Positions 48,735 through 56,078 of a DNA stretch of 64,000 nt are shown here, in pieces. How positions within the stretch are numbered: the first letter of the stretch is position 1; each line of letters begins with the position of its first letter. The notes under the pieces were generated by a model. That model ran no database searches and was not told the DNA's origin. It saw only the letters and a program-made list of their open reading frames with translations. Source of the stretch: Candidatus Cloacimonadales bacterium (lineage in GTDB: Bacteria > Cloacimonadota > Cloacimonadia > Cloacimonadales > JAFGVF01); contig OY762964.1 in assembly GCA_963667035.1 (NCBI GenBank), positions 704,001 through 768,000 on the forward strand, written 5' to 3'. The position numbers and the translations under genes are program-made.

Positions 48735-50045
48735 TTATTCTCCCGAAAGAGCTTTATTAACGGTTTTTCTTAAATCCGGAACAGTAAAAGGCTTATGTAG
48801 GAAATAGTGTTCTTTGTCTATGATCCTTTCCACTTGCATTTTATCTTCAGTGTAACCGCTAATCAGTATAAACGGGATTGTCATTCCTTCATCAATCAGA
48901 GATTTCACGAATTCCGGTCCATTGCCATCAGGAAGAATGATATCTGATACAATCAAATCAAGTTCCTCTTTTCGTTCTTGATATACAGCTTTAGCTTCTT
49001 CTATATCATAAACACTATAGACATTAATTCCTTCATTGACAATTACATCATGGATAAGTCTGTTTACCATGGCATCATCTTCAAGAACAAGTACACTTTT
49101 ACCTGAGTTTGAGTATGTTTCTTCCTCTATTGGAGCTTCAGTAATTACTTCCAACTCCAGGTCGGAAGCAGGTAGGTAAATATAGAATGTAGTTCCAATT
49201 CCAAGTTTGGAATTAACATCAATGAAGCCTCCTAACTGACGAGTGATACCATATACTGTCGCAAGTCCTAATCCCGTACCTTTATCATCCGTTTTAGTTG
49301 TGAAGAAAGGATCGAAAATATCTTTAATAATTTCTTTGGGAATTCCTTCTCCTTCGTCTTGTACAGACAGTCTTAAGTAAGTTTTATTTTCAGCTTCCGT
49401 AATTCTTGAGATAGTTGTACTATCGGGTATAACATCCTCAATTTTAATACTGATACTTCCACCGAAAAGCATGGCATCTCTGGCATTAACTGTCAGATTC
49501 ATCAATATCTCTTCTATCAACACTTCATCAGCAAGAATCTTACTACATCTTGGATTAAAATTTACATTCAGATGAATGTTTTCTCCAATGACTCGTTCAA
49601 GCATTTTCTTCATTGGCTTAATAACGGCATTTACATCAACAGGTTTCAGTTCTGTTTCTTTTTTACGAGAGAAAACAAGCAATTGTCTTGCTAAAGAAGC
49701 ACCTTTTTCTCCTGCAATAATCACAGTTTGCAAATTCTTAACAACATCGGGGTACTGTGAGAACTTATGTAGCATCAACTCTGATTGCCCATTAATTACT
49801 TGAAGTACATTGTTAAAGTCATGAGCTATACCGATAGCTAATCTTCCCAGAATTTCTAGTTTTCTTGCCTGTTGAGCATCGGAAGCTTCCGGAATCTTTA
49901 AGTCCGGCTCCGAACCCATCTGACCGGTAAGCTTGATAATCTTATCGGAAAGCTCAATGTTGGCTTTTTTCATTTTAGAAAGTGCGTAAAGAAGTGCGAT
50001 ATCAATTAATACTAATGCAATACAGATAGCAATATAAGCATCCAT
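48735..50045 (-). CDS. hybrid histidine kinase with receiver domain (CckA-like)
   Basis: 'GRLAIGIAHDFNN', 'NLTVNARDAM', 'FDPFFTTK...GTGLGLA', receiver 'VLEDD...SDIILPDGNG...SGY...KPF'. Confidence 0.92.
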   Translation of the reverse strand: MDAYIAICIALVLIDIALLYALSKMKKANIELSDKIIKLTGQMGSEPDLKIPEASDAQQARKLEILGRLAIGIAHDFNNVLQVINGQSELMLHKFSQYPDVVKNLQTVIIAGEKGASLARQLLVFSRKKETELKPVDVNAVIKPMKKMLERVIGENIHLNVNFNPRCSKILADEVLIEEILMNLTVNARDAMLFGGSISIKIEDVIPDSTTISRITEAENKTYLRLSVQDEGEGIPKEIIKDIFDPFFTTKTDDKGTGLGLATVYGITRQLGGFIDVNSKLGIGTTFYIYLPASDLELEVITEAPIEEETYSNSGKSVLVLEDDAMVNRLIHDVIVNEGINVYSVYDIEEAKAVYQERKEELDLIVSDIILPDGNGPEFVKSLIDEGMTIPFILISGYTEDKMQVERIIDKEHYFLHKPFTVPDLRKTVNKALSGE

Positions 50046-50209
50046 TTAGACCCCTGAATATGTTTATTAGTTAATGATGCCATAGTATATACGGGAAAAT
50101 ATATCAGCAAGTTTTTTCCTGTATTTTTTAATACTCTTTCAAGTATTTTGTTTAAATCATGCAAACTTATTATGCGTTATAAAGTAAGCCTACTGATATA
50201 AGTAGGCTT

Positions 50210-51872
50210 CAGACTGTTGACAAAGCTATGAGTAAGATTTCATAGCTTTGTCTTTTTTTAGCTTAAAATAAGAACATCAATCATTGACAGATTTCTCCAA
50301 ATATTATACTTAAACCATCATAATTAGAGGTGGTTATGCTTAAAAAAGTTTCTGACACACAGTCCCAAATGGAGTTTGTAATAATAGATGATTTAGTACC
50401 GGTAGATCACATACTAAGGAAAATCGATAGCGTAATAGATTTTTCATTCATTTTAGATAGAACAGCGCATTTGTATTGTTCTACTACCGGTCGTCCTCCA
50501 ATTCATCCTATTACTCTTTTCAAAATGCTTTTTATTGGCTATCTATTCGGTATTCGCTCGGAAAGACAATTGGTCAAAGAGATTGAGGTCAATGTGGCTT
50601 ATCGTTGGTTCTTAGGCTTTGGACTAACTGATAAAGTACCTCATCACTCAGTCTTCAGTCAAAATCGTAGAAGGCGATTTAATGATAGCAGCGTATTCGA
50701 AGAGATTTTTATAGATATAGTGAAGTTAGGCATTAAACATGGATTAGTTGATGGGAAGATACTTTATAGCGACTCAACCCATCTAAAGGCAAATGCTAAT
50801 AAAGGTAAATTCGAGGATATTGAAGTTGAGGTATCCTCCAAGAGTTACTTGGAAGATCTTAACACAAGCGTTGATGAAGATCGGAAGGCTCATGGTAAGA
50901 AACCTTTACCTCCTAAGGATAACAATCTTAAAGGAGGAGCATCACCTAAAGTAAAAAATATCAAGTCTAGCACAACAGATCCCGATAGTGGTTTTATGAC
51001 CCGTGATAGAAAGCCTCAAGGCTTCTTCTACTTAGATCATAGGACAGTCGACCATAAAACGAACTATATAACCGATGTTCACATTACTCCCGGCAATGTA
51101 AATGATAGCACCTGCTATATTGACAGGTTACAGTTCCAACAAAAGGTTTATGGTTTTAATGTTCAGGCAGTAGGGCTTGATTCAGGATATGATACAATTA
51201 ACATTTGTAAGCAACTGGTAGATATGAATATTATGGGAGTCCTTGGCTACAAAAGACAGGGAGGTAAGAAAGGTCTATTTAAAAAGAACAAATTTACATA
51301 TAATTCCCGGAAGGATGTTTACATTTGTCCATGTAATAAAGAGTTAAATTATAGAACAACGAGCCGTGATGGCTATAAAGAATACAAGTCGAATCCTAGT
51401 GAATGCAAGAATTGTCCAATGCTAAGTAAATGTACAGAAAGTAAGTCTTCTCAAAAAGTAATCACTCGTCATGTCTGGGAAGAGAGCAAAGAGATAATCC
51501 ACAAGAATAGGTTAACATTATGTGGGAAAGAGATATACAAGAGGAGAAAAGAAACCATTGAGAGAAGCTTTGCCAATGCAAAGCAACTTCATGGCTACCG
51601 ATATGCAAAATATCGAGGAATAGAGCGAGTTCGAGAACAAGCTTATCTAACAGCTATCGTGCAAAATATCAAGAAACTCGTAAAATACCTTTTCAAAGGT
51701 AAATTAGGGAAATTAATAGCAAAATTTATCATCAATTACATGATTTTCAACTCCAATTTACACGAAAATAGAGCTAAATCTCGCATGTTTAGGTTTGGAC
51801 TCAGTTAAAATGAAGAAAAATGACTTTCAACAATATATCCATGTAAATTAGAATGTTTTTGTCAACAATCTG
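50210..51872 (+). mobile_element. IS1182-family insertion sequence, copy 1 (1663 bp)
   Basis: TIRs CAGACTGTTGACAAA / TTTGTCAACAATCTG; flanked by the 24-bp direct repeat AAGCCTACTGATATAAGTAGGCTT (50186-50209, 51873-51896). Confidence 0.93.
50330..51808 (+). CDS. IS1182 family DDE transposase
   Basis: 'LVPVDHILRKID', 'GRPPIHP..LFKML..GYLFGIRSER', 'DSTHLKANA', 'TTDPDS', 'DSGY', 'RKETIERSFA..K'. Confidence 0.95.
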   Translation: MVMLKKVSDTQSQMEFVIIDDLVPVDHILRKIDSVIDFSFILDRTAHLYCSTTGRPPIHPITLFKMLFIGYLFGIRSERQLVKEIEVNVAYRWFLGFGLTDKVPHHSVFSQNRRRRFNDSSVFEEIFIDIVKLGIKHGLVDGKILYSDSTHLKANANKGKFEDIEVEVSSKSYLEDLNTSVDEDRKAHGKKPLPPKDNNLKGGASPKVKNIKSSTTDPDSGFMTRDRKPQGFFYLDHRTVDHKTNYITDVHITPGNVNDSTCYIDRLQFQQKVYGFNVQAVGLDSGYDTINICKQLVDMNIMGVLGYKRQGGKKGLFKKNKFTYNSRKDVYICPCNKELNYRTTSRDGYKEYKSNPSECKNCPMLSKCTESKSSQKVITRHVWEESKEIIHKNRLTLCGKEIYKRRKETIERSFANAKQLHGYRYAKYRGIERVREQAYLTAIVQNIKKLVKYLFKGKLGKLIAKFIINYMIFNSNLHENRAKSRMFRFGLS

Positions 51873-51905
51873 AAGCCTACTGATATAAGTAGGCTTAAAG
51901 ATTAT

Positions 51906-53945
51906 TTATTCAACTATCAGTAGTTTCCGTATTGCTTTGTAAGAACTATTCTCCATTCTTATGAAATATAGACCTGAAGATACCCTTTTATTCCTGTCAT
52001 CAGACAAATCCCATTTTAGAGAACTTTGGTTCTTTCCATAACCGCCTCTCAGAGTTCTTATCTTTTGCCCCTTCAAATTGTAAACTTTAAACACAGGTTC
52101 GGAAGTTGAACTGTACTTGATTGTAACCGAGCTATTATTCATACTTGTAGGTGAAGGATATATTGAATCAAAAGAGTTAATGGCAACTACCTGAATCTCC
52201 TCGTTTGTACCGGTTGAAGTTACAGTAAAATTATACCATCTATCTTCTGGATAGTATGATGTATTAGTACCGTCTTCAGCAACAATTCTATAACTTACGG
52301 TGAATGTACCTGTGTGTTCATGATTAAACTCCGCCAGATAAGTATTGTCCCCTTGGTCATTCAATGTAAGAGTTTCTGTAATGCCGTCAATTTCATACTC
52401 CATGTACACTGTGTTTACCATGTAATTGTCAGTAACATCTGCGACTATTTCAAGAGGTAAAGCAGTATCGTTTGTAGATTCTATGGCTGTATGATTAATA
52501 ATAGGTGAGATGTTGTCTTCCGTAATTGAAAATTCATGAGGGTCAAGCATACCCATAATAGGTTGATTAACAGCTCTACCGGATTCATCTGCTGCATGAA
52601 TACAATAACTATATGTTGTGCCCGGGACAGGATTAAAAAGCTCGGAAGTATAAATGTTATTACCTGATTGGGTTAACGATAATAGCATTCTTGCTGGAAA
52701 CTCATCGTTTACTATTTCTACATATAGAGAATCTGCATATAATGCGGCACCGCTATAAGGATAAATATAAGCTTCAAAAGTAATAGGTTCGAGAGGTAAC
52801 TCGCCGTGATATGGAATATGCTCTACATAAAGCATGTCCTCATCAGCTAATTCATGAGTTCTACAATGAAGAGCGTCGGTTGATTCCCAATAGTTAGAAG
52901 TAGTATTAATTACCCCGTTTATTTCGTAACCGGGCATAGCATTTTGATATACCTGTAAAGCTGCATTATCATCAGAACTACCTGTAATTGGCACAAATAC
53001 TCTATTGTTCAGTATTAATGAGTTAGTGTATGGTTGGTTGCCGGGAGTGTTTACTCGATATACTTCATAAGGATAGCCCCATGCACAATCTTGATTGGAA
53101 AAATAGTTTGCAACTGCTTCTATCTCATCATATTGGGCATGATACTGAGGTACACTTCTTATCAACACTTTATCAGGAGCTAGAAATTTTCCCCAGCAAT
53201 CGATATGGTCTATATAGGTATTATTAGGATCATCTACTACATGATAGTTTGTAATACCTAAATATTGTTCCATAAGGGTATTAACATTTTGTTGATTGTT
53301 TCCGTTCTCTTCATATACTAGGTCACTTTGAGCAGCTCCGCCAAGTCCATCACACATGTAGTTTCCACCTGTTTGAACCAAGTCCATTCCATACAGGTTC
53401 AATCCATAAGTATTAGCAAATGTTATAGCGACTTCATCATCTTGATACCTTGGTCTGTTATAAACAAAATCTACAACTCCCAATTCGTCGTTACCATCCA
53501 AAATAAACCAAGGCCCGTAATCTCTAGCCCAATATGAATCTGTGCTTGTATTCAGGTAAGTAATATTACTCATGTTAACACCGGCAGACAAGAATGCGTT
53601 GTTACAACTATTTTGTTGATAACCGGTTACTAATGTGATAACTTCAATTTCTTCGGATAACAGAGCGACAAACTCAACCGGGATCCCAAGTGGATATCTT
53701 ATCATTACCGCATCCATTTGCTCAAATTCAGCGACTGCTCTAACAGGTCCGACAGGAGGTTGGGTTTCTTGAAAATCTCGTCCGATTTCGTCAGCTCTAT
53801 CAATCTCATCCGGAGTCATCCAGATAGGCTGAGAAGTAGGGTTTACCTCAAACCAGCGTTGGGTTCTATAGTAGAGTTCTGATTTCTCAGAGTATAAGCA
53901 AGTAAGACTTATAAATAATAAGCAAACAAGTATATTTTTTTTCAT
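51906..53945 (-). CDS. secreted agmatine/peptidylarginine deiminase family protein with FlgD-Ig/T9SS-type CTD
   Basis: 'AEFE', 'SYWARDYGP', 'GGN', 'HIDCWGKF', catalytic 'ALHCRTHE'; CTD 'YNLKGQKIR...SSGLYF'. Confidence 0.88.
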   Translation of the reverse strand: MKKNILVCLLFISLTCLYSEKSELYYRTQRWFEVNPTSQPIWMTPDEIDRADEIGRDFQETQPPVGPVRAVAEFEQMDAVMIRYPLGIPVEFVALLSEEIEVITLVTGYQQNSCNNAFLSAGVNMSNITYLNTSTDSYWARDYGPWFILDGNDELGVVDFVYNRPRYQDDEVAITFANTYGLNLYGMDLVQTGGNYMCDGLGGAAQSDLVYEENGNNQQNVNTLMEQYLGITNYHVVDDPNNTYIDHIDCWGKFLAPDKVLIRSVPQYHAQYDEIEAVANYFSNQDCAWGYPYEVYRVNTPGNQPYTNSLILNNRVFVPITGSSDDNAALQVYQNAMPGYEINGVINTTSNYWESTDALHCRTHELADEDMLYVEHIPYHGELPLEPITFEAYIYPYSGAALYADSLYVEIVNDEFPARMLLSLTQSGNNIYTSELFNPVPGTTYSYCIHAADESGRAVNQPIMGMLDPHEFSITEDNISPIINHTAIESTNDTALPLEIVADVTDNYMVNTVYMEYEIDGITETLTLNDQGDNTYLAEFNHEHTGTFTVSYRIVAEDGTNTSYYPEDRWYNFTVTSTGTNEEIQVVAINSFDSIYPSPTSMNNSSVTIKYSSTSEPVFKVYNLKGQKIRTLRGGYGKNQSSLKWDLSDDRNKRVSSGLYFIRMENSSYKAIRKLLIVE

Positions 53946-54070
53946 CGTATCTCCATGTTATATAGAGTTATATGTATTAATAACATATAAAATCCTCATA
54001 AATAACTTTACAAATCAAACTTATCATATAGTCAACCAATAATTACTCTTATTGTGAACGGATATGTTTT

Positions 54071-54415
54071 ATGAATAACATAGATACTTTCAAAATGGAA
54101 CGTGAAAGATTGAATAAGCTTCTGGATAGCTATGGAAACAAGACCACAAAGAGATTCTTGAATTTGGATACGAATACTTACAATGAAGGAGCTTTATCAG
54201 AAAAGATTAAAGAACTTCTTGGACTTGTTGCTTCCACTGTGCTCAGGTGTGATGATTGCATCATGTATCATTTGGATAGATGCCGTCAATTGGAAGTTTC
54301 CGATGAAGAGCTTATTGAAGCTTTGAATGTTGCTCTTATTGTGGGTGGTTCAATAACAATTCCTCATCTTAGAAGAGCAATTGATGTGTGGGTAGAACTG
54401 AAAGACAAAATTTAA
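54071..54415 (+). CDS. carboxymuconolactone decarboxylase/AhpD-like protein
   Basis: 'GALSEKIKELLGLVAS..LRCDDCI.YH', 'ALIVGGSITIPHLRRA'. Confidence 0.88.
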   Translation: MNNIDTFKMERERLNKLLDSYGNKTTKRFLNLDTNTYNEGALSEKIKELLGLVASTVLRCDDCIMYHLDRCRQLEVSDEELIEALNVALIVGGSITIPHLRRAIDVWVELKDKI

Positions 54416-54480
54416 GCATTGTTACCGGAAAGGCAGAGTATAAATATTATTTAGCTAAACGCAGATATATATGATGAAAC

Positions 54481-54696
54481 CTAGATTATCAGTAGCATTT
54501 CATTGGGTTGTGAGTTAGGAAGTAATCTATCCTGGATAGCTGTTGCTATTACATTGTCGTTAAAAATAACTCCCCATTCATTAAACAACCTACTTACCGA
54601 TTTAAAGATGGATAAGTCTAAAGAACAGATTAGCAACCTTTGTTTAATGGGACGTTGTTCTATCTCATCTATAACTGCCAGGTCATTTATTGCAAC
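54481..54696 (-). pseudogene. istB: IS21-family helper ATPase (IstB) remnant
   Basis: Minus strand reads 'DLAVIDEIEQRP...FNEWGVIFNDNVIATAIQDRLL', matching IstB 'DLL.IDE.GY.P...F.EW...F.D...ATAILDRL'. Confidence 0.7.
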
Positions 54697-54713
54697 TTAG
54701 GCACTATTTAAAA

Positions 54714-55046
54714 GTTTCAATTCTTGGTTTAGTGGATAATTAGGTAAATGACACTGGGACCGCGGACATCCTGTCCGCATCTCTTCTGCTTCAATCCTTG
54801 ATTTAATGGATAGTAGGTAAATAACGCTTCCAAGGATAAGCGACATGAGCAATAAAATAGGTTTCAATCCTTGATTTAATGGATAGTAGGTAAATAACTC
54901 AGTACTATTGCCAGTTATTTTAATAAGGTCTGCCAGTTTCAATCCTTGATTTAATGGATAGTAGGTAAATAACTTTTGTTTCGAGGTAGCACAACAAATT
55001 GGAGTTGAGTTTCAATCCTTGATTTAATGGATAGTAGGTAAATAAC
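54714..55046 (-). CRISPR. CRISPR array: 5 repeats (38 bp), 4 spacers (35, 35, 37, 35 bp), no cas genes in the window
   Basis: Repeat (minus strand) GTTATTTACCTACTATCCATTAAATCAAGGATTGAAAC at 54788 (1 mismatch), 54861, 54936 and 55009; degenerate terminal copy at 54714-54752; AT-rich leader to the right. Confidence 0.95.
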
Positions 55047-55300
55047 TCATATTCTCACGTATATATTTAATTATCAGATGATTACAAAGAAATCTCAGAA
55101 CTGAATATCTGATAAAATCATGTGTGCTGATGCATAAAATACATCGGAATTTGCTTCTCGGGAACACGTAAACACTCTATAATAAAGGTCAAGGAGCAGA
55201 TTTCTATCAATTAAGCAATAATTTTGCCTCAGGAAAGATAAAATCAATTTAATATTTATTTCCTAATCAGTAATTGTCAATCAAAATATATTGTTAAAAC
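55047..55300 (-). promoter_or_regulatory. probable CRISPR leader
   Basis: AT-rich non-coding region on the side opposite the degenerate repeat; IHF-like TATCAG-N4-TTA at 55072-55084. Confidence 0.55.
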
Positions 55301-55544
55301 ATGCTCTTCCGAATTGTTCTGTCTTTAAATAGCTACTCTAATCTGAATAAATGGGAGGTATTCCTTTAACCGATTAACTGCATTTTATCAAGTATATAAT
55401 CCATAAAGACACCGGTCTTTATGGAGAATATTATATCATGTAGTTTACGTAGTCTTTTTTTTGGTAAAACTTTGACCTCCCTAGGGTGGATACTTTTAAG
55501 GGTGACTCGCCAGACATAACTATCCATCTTTGAACCAATTACCT

Positions 55545-55696
55545 CCCTTCTGCACCACCATTAAAGACATAAGAAATTCTATGGTGAAAGTTATCCACAC
55601 GATGTGGATAACTTTGGCGTTCGCCAAGGAGGGTCCAAGGAGGCTCCTTGGTGGATCCAATCCGGTTCCAATGTTTTTAATGGTCGCCTAGAAGGG
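55545..55696. repeat. 152-bp imperfect palindrome with 11-bp phased units (element D)
   Basis: Outer IR 55545-55570/55671-55696 (21/26 match); central TTGGCG-TT-CGCCAA on the same axis; units GCCAAGGAGGG, TCCAAGGAGGC, TCCTTGGTGGA, TCCAATCCGGT, TCCAATGTTTT. Confidence 0.8.
55587..55615. promoter_or_regulatory. inverted pair of consensus DnaA boxes
   Basis: AAAG-TTATCCACA-CGA-TGTGGATAA-CTTT, with perfect 13-bp arms. Confidence 0.6.
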
Positions 55697-56078
55697 GCGT
55701 AGAATGTTCATGACATGTTCATTTAGTGCGAATCATACATCTAACACTAGTTAATCCAGCAAGAATAGGGGGTTTTAGGACGTTCATCCGGCTATATGAA
55801 TTGTAGACATAAGAGTGGAATAGTTTACGTAGATGTTTGAATGAGATAAACATTACTAACATCCAACGCTATAATCAATTATGAAGATGAAAATACCGGA
55901 GCGGAAAACAAGGCAGATTTCTTAACACAAACTTATCAATCATATAACATACTTAAATGTAGTAAGTTACGGGTTCAGGTTGGCAACTATTCCATACCAT
56001 GAAGTTTAATGCTTGACAAAGTAACAAATTACAGGCTTTTCGACATGTAAAAACTAATGAAAAGGAGAGAATAGTTTG

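Noticed and set aside
54697..54942. 81-aa ORF on the minus strand
   Set aside because: It is a translation of CRISPR repeats and spacers (repeated YPLNQ.LK).
54481..55046. CRISPR-associated transposon (IstB-like ATPase next to a mini-array)
   Set aside because: The ATPase is a short decayed fragment with no transposase, TniQ or Cas effector nearby; adjacency alone is insufficient.
55300..56070. Chromosomal replication origin
   Set aside because: Only two clear DnaA boxes and no origin-associated genes; kept only as a DnaA-box finding.
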